This document shows positions 26,263 to 41,177 of a stretch of 64,000 bases of DNA, piece after piece. The notes under the pieces were generated by a model that was not told the DNA's origin, did no database searches, and saw only the letters and a program-made list of their open reading frames with translations. Both the position numbers and the translations under genes were made by a program. Positions within the stretch are counted from its first letter, which is position 1, and each line of letters opens with the position of its first letter. The stretch comes from the human T2T-CHM13v2.0 reference genome, Homo sapiens. The stretch is taken from NCBI GenBank assembly GCA_009914755.4, contig CP068257.2, forward strand, positions 25,856,001 to 25,920,000. The letters run 5' to 3'.

Positions 26263-29228
26263 TTCAATTGATCTAATTTACTCACTCAAGAATTCTTTGA
26301 GGGCCTACTATGTATTAGAGAAACCATTCTCTATGCTGAGGAGTCAAGATTGAGGAAGTTTCCATCATAGATCTTTCATTTCTAATAAATAAGGAATAAA
26401 TTAAAGAAAATACTTGATACTTACAAGAGCTATGAATAAAATAAACTAATGATATAATAACACCGCAGTGTGGCTACACATGACTTCAAAATACACTTGT
26501 TGGGAATTTGCCACTGCCTGTGGCAAGTTCCCTTTCTACTTCACTTGTAATTCTATTACAGTATTTATCACCTGTGGGGCATATATACGCATATATGCCC
26601 ATGTACACCTGTGAATTCCTTAAGAGCAGAAACTCATTTAAATGCATATTTCTGGTACTAGCATATTGTCCTCTATATGTAATACATGTGTACTAAATAT
26701 TTATTAAATATATATTTATTTAATAGATAAATTACTGCATCCTCCCATTCTGTCAATTTCTGGGAAACTCCGAAATTAACCCCTCATCTTTAAAAAGCTA
26801 CCTTTATAATTTTTGAAAGGATATGCACAAGTATAAATATGTGTGTATATGAATTCAATACATGCACGGAGTTTCAAAAATCAAATCATACAGAATGGCT
26901 CAAAGGCAAATTATTAGTTTTCTTAGTTGCTTTTCTTAAAGCTTATCCTTGTTCTTCAAAACCATTCGTATTTAAATGCTTTGGTTTATAGTGGCTAAAT
27001 AATATGTTGATATTACTTGTGTATGATTTATCAGGTTTGGCTTCTCATCTTATTCTATTCACATATAAATATTTACATTATTATTTTGGATATTTAAAAC
27101 CATCTTTGAAAGTTGATATTATATTTAAATATTTTCCATCAACTATAGACAGAATCTAGAGGAATAGATTTTTAAGAGGAGAATAGCAGCTCCCCTAATT
27201 TTGCTTTCACTTCTTCACACACTTTCATCCCAACTTCTGTCAAGTAGAAATTTCATTGTCAAGTTTGATAACATTTACATTGTCTTTGATAAATGTACTT
27301 AAATCTTCCATTCCTCTCTACAAGAGGATTGCCAGAATTAAAAGATAATGATCTTCAGCATTACATAATAGCACAAAATGCAAGTAAAAAAGAAACAAAA
27401 ACTTTAAGAAGAAAAAGGCTAATAAAACAGTTGTGATACAAAAATTAAAGAACTAGTCAATTTGTTAAGGAAGCCAGTGAGTCCAATAATAAGGGTAAGA
27501 TAGAATAATAGAAGATGCTAAGAACTGACATTAAGGTGGATATTAAGAAGGAATGATATTAAAAATATCGTCAAAACAGCGTGTGTTCTTTCTCTTAATA
27601 AAAAAAATCAATCAATCAATCAATTAGAAATCCAGGAAGTATCAAAAATATATAACATATTACAAAAGCCCAGGTATGAAGTTAATTATACAGTCGGGTG
27701 ATTGTCATGAGCAACTTGTGAATTGTAACGAGGGACAAAGAATCAATTTCAACATCGCCCTTTAAACGGCAAAGGCACTGTTAAATTTGAACCATAGGGA
27801 AGAAAATGTGCTTGTTGTCTCAGTACTTGTTCTATGGGGCATGTTTATGACATTACAGTAAGAGAGGAGTTCTTGGTCTTTTTCCCTCTAATGCAAAACT
27901 AACATCCCGCTAAATGCATTTTTTTAAAACGTAGTAGTGATACATTTGAAATATCTAATTAGTTAATGTCTTTTATTTAAACTGGATGGAACTATATTCC
28001 TAATCACTTTGCTATCTTAAGCATATAGATGTATAAATTGTAATTTAAAAGTTCGTGCTGATATAAAAGAGGACAAATCGAAATCATTTGGAAAAATTTC
28101 TTCAAATAGTTTTTATACCAATGACTCTGCTTAGTTTAAGCCAATTAGAGAATAAATGGGATTGAATTAACAGGCAGAATATTTTTGACTTTATCATCAG
28201 CAAATTCAGATATCATTTAAATCAGGTCAGTGACAAAATTAATTTCATACGCATTCTCTCTGCTTTTCAGTATCAAATTTAATTGATATTTTTTCTTATT
28301 TTCACTCCAAATACTTCCACCCTTCTGAAACTCCCACTCCCTGTCCACACCAATCCTGAACACATTACCATGATAGTAATGTCTTTACGTAAGTAACTTG
28401 ATCTCCTCCCCCTAGAATATTATTCCCTAAATTTTCACAAGACTGACATATTGTGATTAAGATTTTGGTTTAAATGTCACCTCCTCAAGGAAATATTTTG
28501 TATTTTTTCAAATTAAACTTTAACGTGAGAATACTCTCAAGTACCTTCCAAAGAAAATAAATAGGTGACAAATTTCATAATCTGAACTATTCTTGTTCTA
28601 TCCCACAGTTGATTGATGGTTTATGGAATTCTTGACTGAAAATAATTTACTCTTACAAATCTGAAGAAATTGCTCAGTGGAATTCTAGCATCCGGTTGGA
28701 TGATAAGAAATTTTCTAGTAATCGGTTTCTCGTTTCTTTGTAACTGACTTGTTTTGCTTTCTCTCCAGGAAATGTTTAGGATTTTTGTTTTCAGCTTAAC
28801 TGTTCATTGATTCTGAGATTAAATATCTAGAATATTTGTACTGGAAGGTTTTCTGGTGGGGTAGGAAATTTTCTTACATTATTTAAAAATATTTTCTTTT
28901 TTTCTGTTCTTTTTTTTTCTATGATCTCTTGTTAGATCTTCTGTTAACTAACAGAAGTAGATTTCTAGAACTCCCAGAAGTTAATCTTTATACGTATCTT
29001 ATTAGTTGACATTTGAAAAACTATGGTTTAACAATCTAGAATGGCTAACTGATATTTCTAAAACTTTTTAGTTAGATTAGTGTTTCTAGAACTCCTACTT
29101 ATTGAAATGATAATTTCTGTTTTTGTTTTTCTTTTTTATGTCTTACTACTTTATCTCTCTGTTCTAAATTCTGAGATATTTCCATGTCTTTATTTCCAGT
29201 GCCCTCAGCTTGATTTTTGTTTAAGCAA

Positions 29229-29594
29229 TAATATGGTTTGGCTGTGTCCCCATCTCATCTTGAATTGTAGCTCCCCTAATTCCCATGTGTCATGGGAGGG
29301 ACCCTGGTGGGAGGTAATGAGGTAATTGAATCATGGTGGATGGTTTTTGCCGGGCTGTTCTGGTGATAGTGAGTAAGTCTCATGAGATCTGCCAGTTGAT
29401 AAAGGGGAGTTCCTCTGCACATGCTCTCTCTTGCCAGCTGCCGTGTAAGACCTGGCTTGCTTCCCCTTTGCTTTCTGCCATGATTGTGAGGCCTCCCCAG
29501 CCATGTGGAACAGTGAGTCAATTAAACCTTTTCTTTATAAATTACTCAGTTTGGGGTATGTCTTTATTAGCAGCACGAGAACAAACTAATACAA
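29229..29594 (+). mobile_element. Solo ERVL-MaLR LTR, THE1-like
   Basis: aatatggtttggctgtgtccccatctcatcttgaattgtagctcccctaattcccatgtgtcatgggagggaccctggtgggaggtaat…ccatgtggaacagtgagtcaattaaaccttttctttataaattactcagtttggggtatgtctttattagcagcacgagaacaaactaatacaag. The ORFs at 29276-29521 (-) and 29333-29680 (+) are spurious. Confidence 0.8.
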
Positions 29595-29694
29595 GCCGTC
29601 ATTTTTTTTTATGTTTGACTTCCTTCTTACTCTCTTATAGTTTGCTTTTCATATTACTCTGGTCTTATGTTTTGTCTTAAACATAGTGGGTTTA

Positions 29695-30099
29695 ACTCAT
29701 GTTTACTCAGAACCTCTACATGCAAATTTATTTGGAAATATGATCTTTACAGATGTAGTTAAGATGAAGTCACATTGGATTAGGATGGACTGTAAATCCA
29801 ATGACTAGTGTTTCTATGAGGTGAAATGACACACAGATACAGACCGAGACAACATGTGAGGATACAGCAGAAATTAGCATTATGCAGCCAGAGGCCAAGA
29901 GCACCAAGGATTGCAAGGAGCAACTAGAAGCCAACAAGAGTCAAGAACAGGTTCTTCCCTACGGCTTTCATGGGGATCATAACCTTGCTGACACCTTGAA
30001 TTTGAACTTTAGTCCCCTAAACTGTAATTGAATAAGCTTCTGTTTTAAGCCACTCAGTTTGTGATAATATATGATGGGAGCACTAGTAAACTAATACAC
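29695..30099 (+). mobile_element. Solo MaLR LTR, MLT1-like, about 100 bp downstream of the THE1 LTR
   Basis: …gatgaagtcacattggattaggatggactgtaaatccaatgac…gtgaggatacagcagaaattagcattatgcagccagaggccaagagcaccaaggattgc…ccttgaatttgaactttagtcccctaaactgtaattgaataagcttctgttttaagccactcagtttgtgataatatatgatgggagcactagtaaactaatacac. The start is approximate. Confidence 0.6.
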
Positions 30100-32243
30100 T
30101 AAGTTTCTATTCAATACTATATAGAGGTTTGTTTTTATTTTAGTTATTTTCTATTGTCTTAATAATTGTTCTTTCCACATTATTTTGTTAGCTTTTTGTT
30201 GTCCTTGAAGAGAGGCTATCAAAAGCATCTAAAATTCTTTTTATTAAGTGTTCAGATTTAAGAAAAAAGTAGTGTAAAGGCTAAGTAGGGTTCTGAGTAG
30301 ATAGGGGAAACCTGTCACCTGTTAAATTTTAAATGGTTATGACAGATGCCGCATGATAGTTGGCTTTGTTCTGTGGCACTGACATCAACAATATTTGTCC
30401 TTCTGTTTCTCAGGGATTTTATCTACTTTCTTTGGAAAGAAAACCTCCAGTACTTCCTGTCAATAGCATCATTTTCCCAAACACTGTACTTCAGAATCAT
30501 GGGCTCTTCTTTGAACCCTCCTGTCCATTTATTCTCCGTACCCAAATCTTCTTAACTTTTCCTTTAAATTCTCTCCCACCACTGTCAATGCATTTAATTT
30601 CCTGATGTTTTCAGTGAACTTTTAAGCCTTTGTTATTTGATGCCTGAACGTTATCAGGAAAATTTTATCTTCTTTTTCCTCCAAACCCCCTTTCATTTTA
30701 TATGCCACTACCAAATTCATCTTAAAACACTTCCTTTTTAAATCACTTATTCTTTCCAAAACCTCAGGAGCTTTCCTTAACCTTAGACTAAGCCCTGTGC
30801 TTTGGGATCCCCAGGGTTTTCTAACCTCCTTGATCTGATCTTCAATGGTCTCTTAATCTTAGCATCCCCTAGTAGAGCTTGGATACTGGCTCCAATAATC
30901 TTACCATCCCCAGGTAGAGCTACTGGCTCCAATAAACTGATCTACTCACTTAAGTCCCCAAATGCTTCTATCTCACTTCCTTTTACCCATTTGTTTGTTT
31001 GTGTTAACTAACCAAGAGTACTTTTTCCTCTTTTTGGCAACCCACAATTCTAAAACCCTTCAGTGCCTCATCTATAAAAATATACCTACACACTTCATTC
31101 CACATGAATCCTTATGAAATATTTTAGTCAATGATGAACGAATGATCATCTATCATATCATTCATCATGGACCAAGGTGTGTCACAGTATTATCTTTTCA
31201 TGTTGATTCATAATCTGAGAAGATCCTACTCTGCATTTATTTTACACATTTGACGCAAAGGCCTGAATACTTGATTCCTTAAATACATCTATAAAATTTT
31301 AAGGATAGAAAGTAACAATATAATAAGCCATTATTCAGTGTATTTGATTTTAAGATGAAGGCTTAAAGTAACCTTATTTATGTGTGTTTAATTAACTGAA
31401 CGGTGAAAAGTTCTAATATGGATGTTCAACATTACACTTGGTAGAGTTACCATAAAGATGTGACTAAAGAGGCACAAGATGTCTCCTTAAAAAAAATAGA
31501 TTATGAGTGTGGGTATAGTAGAAACATAAGAAAAATACTCAGTTTCTACCTCCCTTGCTAGAAGATCATATCTCTCATTACACAAATTTTAAACACCAGA
31601 TACTTTCCCAGCCTGTTTTATTAGTAAGCCAGGGGCTGTGACTCAGACAGTATCTCCATTCTGTTAATATGCTTAGATTCAAATACACGGAATTATTCTT
31701 AGTTTATCTTTTTCTCTAACACCTCACATTAAGTCCATCAGTACATCCTGCTTCCTCTGCTTTCACAATAGTTCCAGAATCTAATAGTGGGCACCCACTT
31801 CCATTCTGCCACCATAGCACCTCAATGGTGTTAGTCCAAAAGAGCCCCTATTTGATTTTTCTGCTTCCATGAATATCTCTCCAAGCTCCCATTCCCTTCC
31901 CAAAGTCCATACGCCACAGAGGAGCAGGAGTGAATCTTTGAAAATGTTGGTCAGATCATATCAATGCCATTTCCAAAACTCAACATCAATTTCACATTTC
32001 ACTCAGATCAAAAGTTGGATTATTTACTACAGGCTGAGAGCTCTACACAAGCTAATTTCCTGATGCCTCTCTGATACCATTTTCTAACTTCTTCCTCCAG
32101 AAAATTTTCTTCCTTCTGTGTGCATCCTTGCTGGGCCCCAGGACTTTCAAAAGAAGAACATTCTTTAAGTATCTGTACATCTCATTCCTTTACTTCTTCA
32201 TTCATATCTAAATTCAAATATGATTGTACCAAAAAAGGCTTCC

Positions 32244-32555
<312 letters not shown>

Positions 32556-34604
32556 TGAAACAAAATGTCTCTTGTTTTACTCTGCCATTAACTTGCTTTT
32601 AAATCTTATCACTTATCACAGCCTGCCATATGTTTATATTATTGTTTTGCTGATTAGTGTTTGTCCTTCCTAAGTAGAATATAAATATAAAAGCAGGGAG
32701 ATTTTCTGTTTTGTTCACTACTGGATTACTAGTGCTTATAGCACTACCTGGTACATAGCAATGACTAAAGAAATGTGTGTTAAATAAGCAATTAAATTAA
32801 TTAATCCTGACCAACAGAACTGCTTGGGAGATCTGAGAACTGGGATTCCATGATAAAAATCAAGAAATATGCAAGCGTCCATTTCCTTCCTACTTTTGAT
32901 GATGTTTTTTGAGGATGTGATGTTGGAAACTCTGTAGCCTTCTTGGAACCATAAGCAGAGGCATCAGTAACACTCTATGGAAGGGAGAGTAGAATGCTCC
33001 AGAAAGCCAGGACATTTGGTGTTGTGTAGCTAACCAATTCTAACTTTGTTTCTTGATTAGTCAACAAAAAGTGTTTATGCCCTGTTTATTTCTCTATGAT
33101 GTAACCTGTAGCCCAAATCATTCTGGACATGAGTAAAGCAAGCTTGATCCTGATGTCTACTCAAATAATATGGCAAACAATCTTAATGAGAGCCAAAAGG
33201 AGTGAGAAATTGGATGTTTGTGAACACAAGGAATGGGAATCATGAGAGAGGTTGCTAAAATTTGGGCAGTGAGAGACAGAATAGCATGAATAGGGGCACA
33301 GAAGCTCAGCCTGGTAAAGTAAGATCTGTGAGTATCTGGGTTCTAAGCTTGTTCTGTCTCTCACTAGTTTTATGGTTAACTAATTTAACCTATTGGGGCC
33401 TCAGATTCTTGCAAAATGGGAACAATAATAGTACTTAGAATGTTGCTGGGAAGATTATCTGTGACGATGAGTGCATGACACTTGTCTACACTGCTTGTTT
33501 TTGAGATTATTATTACGGTTTAGGATCTAAAATGCCAACATGGAGTGGAGTGTGGGGGGTATGCACTTAATTTGAGAGGCAAGTAGGAGACATTTTATTT
33601 TTATTATGTTAACTGAGAGCATTTTGCAAAAGTAGCAAAGAACCAGAGCTAATAGACTTCTTTCCTCCTTCCCTTACAAGGGAAGCCAAGTAACGATATA
33701 TTGAATATAATTTTGTTCAACAAATATTTGAAACCATAGTTGGTTTTCTTTGTTTTGAGCAGTTAATTTTCTGTACCAAAGAGGTTTGAGAGGAAAGGAT
33801 GAGAGTTCTCTTCCTTTTACAGCCAAAGTAAGTAATTCCTTATACTTTATCTAATGCCCAAAATGCCAGAAGCTTACAGGATAAGGGTAATTATTAAAAT
33901 GAATACACTTCATTTTGCTTATAAACGTAGTTTGTGTTTCTCATTATTGCACCCGATCTATAACCACATTTACAGTAAAACTAAATGATCTGTATAATGC
34001 TGAATATGTAAATAAGTATATAATCTGTTGAAAATATCTAAAAACATTTTACAGACATTTATACTCTGTATTCTGGACTGATAATTCTTAATCATATTTA
34101 GTGTCTTTAATGTTAAATACTGCCAATGTTAAATGGCAGTTAAAATAGCAACCATGCTCATTTCTTCCAAATTTCTTTGCTGTGGACACTTTCAGGCTGT
34201 AGCTGAACTGTACAGAAAGATTTTTCTGGATCAAATCATCAGGAAGTTCAGTAACTTTTTTGAACTTGGAAAAGTTAAGGTTGATATGTGAACATATCTG
34301 TTCACAGTTGTTACATTCCATGTGAAAATAGCCAGTTCCAAGGGAATCATCTGCCTTTTGGCACCTCTTTCTACAAGAAACAAAATTGAGTGCAATTCTT
34401 TATTATCTCCAATTTGCTTTAACGAAGTCATTGGAAATTTAGGAAGTAGGGAGTGATACATTTCCTAAGAAATTTACTTATGATTCTTTGAACAACTTAT
34501 AATACAATATGTTTAATGATAAAAGGAGACTATAGAGTCCAAACTTTCCTCTGCCTTTCATATTGTAAAAGTTTAGACCTACTGAATATATATTTATTTC
34601 TCTC

Positions 34605-34673
34605 TCTTTTTTTTTTTTTTTTTTTTTGAGACGGAGGTTCACTCTTGCTGCCCAGGCTGGAGTGCAGTAGCAC
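34605..34673 (-). mobile_element. Short Alu 3'-end fragment with a poly-T
   Basis: About 23 T, then gagacggaggttcactcttgctgcccaggctggagtgcagtagcac. There is no further Alu sequence after this. Confidence 0.7.
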
Positions 34674-35662
34674 TATTTCTCTTTTCTACAGTCAACTTGA
34701 CGAAAGTCGGACTTTTTCTGTAGTTTTTCTAATTAAATTGATGTGGTTTACCTATAGAAAGGTAATTTCGAAATAATTCAAAAAATATATCAGCATCCTT
34801 TATAAATGCAAAGAGCAATCACAGAAAATTTTCATAACATCCGATAAGATCTGGCTCTCCTTTTTAATTTGTAAATAACTAGAGGATGAAGCCCCTTTCA
34901 CAGGCCACTTTCATGAAGCGGTGTTGTTTTCAGCAGGTTATCGTTTAATCATTAACTGAAGAGACAGATCTGGGACTAAAATATAGTTCAATTCCATATG
35001 GTGTCTGCATTCCTTGGGCATGACGCAAACATGTTCATTGAGGAAGTTAACAGTCACTACAAAGCCGGCCAAGCTGTCGTAGTGTAAAAATTTGGAGATT
35101 ATTTGCAGTATAATTTTTACTAAAGAAAAAGAAATGAGAAAAGAGCAGAGTCATTCATGTAATAATAATACTGGAAAATGTTTTCACTGAAAATATTTTA
35201 AAATTCTAAAGAATAATTACTGAAATCCCTCCTTGATTAACAAAACTTTGTCTGCTGTGCTCACTTTCTTGACCTTATTTAACTTAAACTTCCACTCAGG
35301 TGCATTTTCTGCAGAGGATCTCAGAGTGGACGCACATCCTTTAAAGAGCCTGTAAGATTCCATAAAAGAATATTTTTCTCCAAATTCACCCAGATTCATC
35401 CAGCTCCCTATTTCCAAGATTCTCATGCATCTCACTCTTAAAAATTATTGGCTTAATAGATCTTTTAAACTGATGGAAAGGCAGTGTGTTTTGTTCTTTA
35501 AATGTTTTAAGGTATAAAAATGTTGACTACTATTAATCTTATGCCAGATTATTCTGATACAATTACAATTCATGTGTCTACTTCATATTTATTATTGACT
35601 TTCTTCCTCCAGCTTGTAGTCCAGGTCTAATTGCAAATTTCTCATCATATTTAATTAATTAA

Positions 35663-35957
<295 letters not shown>

Positions 35958-36196
35958 TCATTGTATTTTAAATAAATGCATAGGTTTTCATTTTTCCTCA
36001 ACATAATTAACTTCAATACTACCATTGCCTCTGTTTTATCTATTTTCTCTCACATTCCTGTAGGGAGTCATAGGGAGTCATTACTTCAACAGAGTAGACT
36101 GTGATAGCATTTTAAAAAGTAAAATAAAATTAAATAGAATTGAAAAAATCAGAATACAAGGCACATGTTAACAGTATTATTATTACTTTGTGAGGG

Positions 36197-36222
36197 GTGT
36201 GTGTGTGTGTGTGTGTGTGTGT
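36197..36222. repeat. (GT)n microsatellite, about 13 units
   Basis: Direct read of the sequence. Confidence 0.95.
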
Positions 36223-37302
36223 TTATGTGAATGTTGTGGAGCATGTGGTATTTACATGTCTACTGGGTCAGGATGTAAAATAAATTTCTTACAGTGGATC
36301 CTTTTCACATCTAAAAGATGTGAAAGCCACTACTTTAGTATAAATTACACTAACTTACTGATTTTACATTTCTATTTTTTGTGTGAATAACTGAGTTGTT
36401 TTTATAATTTTAGCTATTCCTATCACAGAAATTATGCATATATCTCTGTCCTTTTCATAAATAGTTAACTTATGACCTCATCAAGAGCCTTCTAACTATC
36501 TCACAGCTGACATGGATTGAAGTGAACATCTACCTTCTCACTGCAATACTTCCCCATTATCTACCTGATGTATTTTTGTTACCATTCTGAGTTTTTCCAA
36601 ATCAAGAATGTTTAATATTTACATTATTTATCCTTTTGTTATCAATTATCTCTTCTTCAGTAAAACACTATATTACTTCAGGCATGTTCTCTATTATGCC
36701 TGAATTTATGAGTTTCTATCTTTTAGGGCTACATAATCTGTGTGTTCTTTGAATGTTTTAAAGCACAGAATGGACGTGTAGTAGACTGATCAGGAACACG
36801 CATACTTCCCAAGTGTAACTAAACTTGTATCTTATCCAGACCACTTAACAGCTATATGAACTATAGAAAGATAATCAACTTTTTTGTACCTCATTTTTCT
36901 CTGCAAAATGGGCCAGTATCAGTAAACTTTATGAGTATAAAGAACAAATGAGTTAATCTATGTAGAGCAATTAGTGTAGGGCCTGGTAAATGGTAATAAC
37001 TTACTAGATTTTAAGAATTATTAGAATTTTTTGTGACAATACTTTTCCCTTGAGGGAGTCATCCAAAGTATATTTGTAGTAATAAAGGAATGCATTATGA
37101 CGGCCTATTTAGTTTGCCCATTTTAAACATTTGCCAACAAAACATCTGGAGATGAGCTGGAATCTCAATAAAAGAAGTTGGAGGATAGCAGACAGTAGAA
37201 AAAAAATCCACTCTTATGTACAAACAGAGAATCATCCAGCAAGAAAAAAGCCATCACGATTATTAAAAGCAAAATAAACCAATAATTTTAGCCTGAGAAT
37301 TA

Positions 37303-37357
37303 AAGGAAAGAAATGAGAAAGGAAGGAAGAAAGGGAGGAAAGAAGGAAGGGAAGAAG
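37303..37357. repeat. Purine-rich (GGAA/GAAA)-type low-complexity tract
   Basis: aaaggaaagaaatgagaaaggaaggaagaaagggaggaaagaaggaagggaagaag. Confidence 0.6.
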
Positions 37358-40300
37358 CCAGGCAGGCAATCGGTAAGTCAAGAATATTGAGAGCACTGCT
37401 GTGTTCTTGAATTGGAAGATTTAATATAAAAAAACACTGTCCAAAATAGACTTAATATAATTCAAAATTAAATTCAGACTTTTAAAATATGAAGCTCATA
37501 TGAAATAATTAAAAAGTGAATAAGTTGATAATTTTTTTAAGTAAGAGTGAAACTTAATAGTTGCTATGCTATGGTTTTGTATAATAAATGTTATTTGAAT
37601 GGCAAAATTAAATATGAAAGCATATTTTAAAGTTACAACAATGAAAACTGTGTCACTGAATCATAGACTGATCATTGAAACAGAGTAAATAGCCGTTAAA
37701 TTGATTCTTGCTTACATAAAAACTTCAAATAAGAAGAATTTTTTATTAGCAAATGATGCAGTAAAATTGATCAGGTAGGCGAGAATGTTAGAGTTTTCCT
37801 CTGTAGCAAGTAAATTGTAAGAATAACAATTCAAAATAAAATAGCAAGGAATTGTTTGGATTAAAAGCAAATGTTGGTTAGTATTTATCTGAGGTAAGGA
37901 CATCTTTATGTATCTAAAGTTCATTCCGACAGATGAAAAGAGGTACCTGTCTGATCTGAATAGCCAGAACACCAGGACGGGAGCATAACAGGGAGGTAGA
38001 TTGCTTTCCTGGTGATCTGAAGGAGAGCTAGGCATCTCCCTCCCTTCCCCCTGAAAAAACCTCAGTGCATTACACTGAAAGCTTCCCCAGCCACCTCTGT
38101 CAAAGCTGGGACTTCTGCCCATCATTGAGGTGTTACATATACCCACTGGCGTTAGCCGCAGCCAGTTTTTATCCATGGACACTTACTACTGGCCTGAAGG
38201 CTGAACTATTTAACCCAGTGAAAAAAAATACTGAGAAAGAAATAAAAGTGTGCATGCCACTGGAGAACAAGGTATGCTTCATGGGATCTGTGCCATTCTG
38301 GCCTCATGGGAGACAGTGAACTTACCCATATATCCAGCACACTGCTACAACCAACATCTGAGAAAAAGTCATCATACAGATATTCTCTACAGGCAAGAAA
38401 CTCATACAGAGCCTTTGCCACTGAAAGCATCCAGAGCCAGAGCTAGGTGACCATAAACTATACACATTAAAGTCACATCCTTAAGGGAAAAAAGTTTAAA
38501 ATAACCCAGTCAAATCAAAAATAAATTAAAAAATAAGAAGAAGAAATAGTGTACCTAAATGAGAAGGAACCAGAAAAAAGTAATACAGGCAATATAAAAA
38601 AACAGACTTCCATAACATGCCCAAAATATCACACTAATGGTCCAGCAGTGGATTCAAACCATAATGAAATCGTTGAAATACCAGAGAAAGAATTCAAAAT
38701 TTTGCCTATTAAATTGCTCAGTGAGGTCCAATAGAAAGTTGAAAACCAGCATAATGAAATAAAAAAAGCAATTCAGGATATGGATGAAAAATTTTATAAA
38801 GAGATACCGATTTTAAAGAAAAACCAAACAGAACTTTTGGAAATGAAAGGTGCATTTAGAAAATTACAACATTCAGTGGAAATTTTTAACAATAGATTAG
38901 ACCAAGCAGAAGAAAGAATTTCAGAGCTTGAAGACAAAGGTTTTGAATTAACCCAATCAGACAAAAATGAAGAAAAAGAATGAAAATAAATTAATAAAGT
39001 TTCTAAAAATGTATATGATTATGTAAAACATCCAAACATAAGAATTGTAGGTTTTCCTTAAGGAGAAGAAAGAGCAAAAAGTTTCAGAAAACCTAATTGA
39101 AGGAATAAATGAGGAAAACTTCCCTGGTCTTTGTAGAGATTTAGACATCCAAATGTAAGAACTTCAAAAAACTCCTGGGAGATTTATTGCAAAACGAAGA
39201 CATCATCAAGGCATATAGTCATCGAACTATCTGCAGTTGATGTGAAATAAATAAATTTAAGAGCAGTGAGAAAAAGCATCAGATGACTCATAAAGGAAAA
39301 GCTATCAGACTAACAGTAGACTTCTCAGTAGAAACTGTACAAGCCAGAATGGATTGAGCTCCTGTCCTTAGATAGGACAAAATACCTGTCAGACAAGAAT
39401 TTGTATCCGGCAAAACTAAGTTTCATTTTAAGGGAGAAATAAAGTCTTTCCCAGACAAGCAAGTCCTGAGGGAGTGTATCCCCAAGAGACCAATCTTATA
39501 AAAAATGCTACAAGGAGTTGTAAATATCTAAACAAAAGGTTGAAATGCTCAAATACAGAAACAATAAAAAGCATAAAAGTATAAAACTCACAGGGCTTAT
39601 AAAGTCGTAATACAATGAAGAAAACAAAGCAACTAAGTAACAATCAATATGATGACAGAAACAGTACCTCACATATCAACATTAAATTGAATGTAAATAG
39701 TCTAAATGACCCACCTTAGTAGATACAGATTAGCAGAATGGATTAAAAAACACAAACCAATGTCTGCTATCTTCAAGAGATACACCTAACTCATAAAGAT
39801 TCTTACAGACTCAAGAGAAATGGGTAGAAAAAAAGTATTTCATGCAAATAGAAACCAAAAATTATCAGGGGTAGCTATCCTTATATCGGCTAAAAACAGA
39901 CTGTATAGAAACAACAACAACAAAAAAAGACAAAGAAGGTTGTTATATAATGCCAAAGGGAACAATTCAACCAGAAAATATGACAATCCTAAATACATGT
40001 GCATGTAATTTCAGAGCTCCCAAATTTATAAAATAAATACTACTAGACCTAAAAAAAGAATTAGACTGCAACACAATAATAGTAGGGGATTTCAACACTC
40101 TACTGACAGCACTTAGCAGATTATTGAGGAAGAAAATCAAAAAAAGAAACACTGGACTTAAACTAAACTCTAGAAGAAATGGATGTAACAGAGATTTATA
40201 GAACTTTCTACCGCAAAACAAGAATAGGCATTCTTCTCATCAGCACATGGGATATTCTCCTTGGTTGACCATATGATAGGCCACAAAACAAGTCTCAATA

Positions 40301-40884
40301 CATTTAAATAAATCAAAATCATATAAAGTGTCTTCTCAGCCCACAGCAGAATAAAACCAGAAATCAATTCCAAGAGGAAACCTCAAAACTATACAAATAC
40401 ATGGAAATTAGCAGTCTGCTCCTGAATGATTTTCTAGTCAACAATGAAATCAATACATAATCTAAAAACTGTTTCAAAATGAGTAACAGTGACAAAAGTT
40501 ATCAAAACTTCTGGGATACAGCACAAGCAGTGCTAAAAGGAAAGTTTATAGTGCTAAATGCCTACATCAAAATGGCAGATCATAAATTGACAACCTAATG
40601 TCACACCTCAAGGAACTAGAGAGACAATAACAATCCAGCCTCAAAACAAGCAAATGAAAATAAATAACAAAGATCAGAGCAGAATTAAATGAAACTGAAA
40701 CCACAAAAGCAATATAAAGGATTCATGAAATGAAAAGTTGGTTCTTTGAAAAGTTAAAAAAATAAAATGATAGATCATTAGCTGAATTTACCATGAAAAT
40801 AAGACAGAAGATTCAAATCTCAAACAGAAATGAAAATGGAGACATTACAACTGATACCATAAAATACAAAAGACTATTTGAGAC

Positions 40885-41177
<293 letters not shown>

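Noticed and set aside
38549-38983. ORFs with clear coiled-coil protein character (…AEERISELEDK…)
   Set aside because: These are remnants of L1 ORF1p in an ancient, heavily mutated L1. There are stops and frameshifts throughout the element, so they are neither intact nor host genes.
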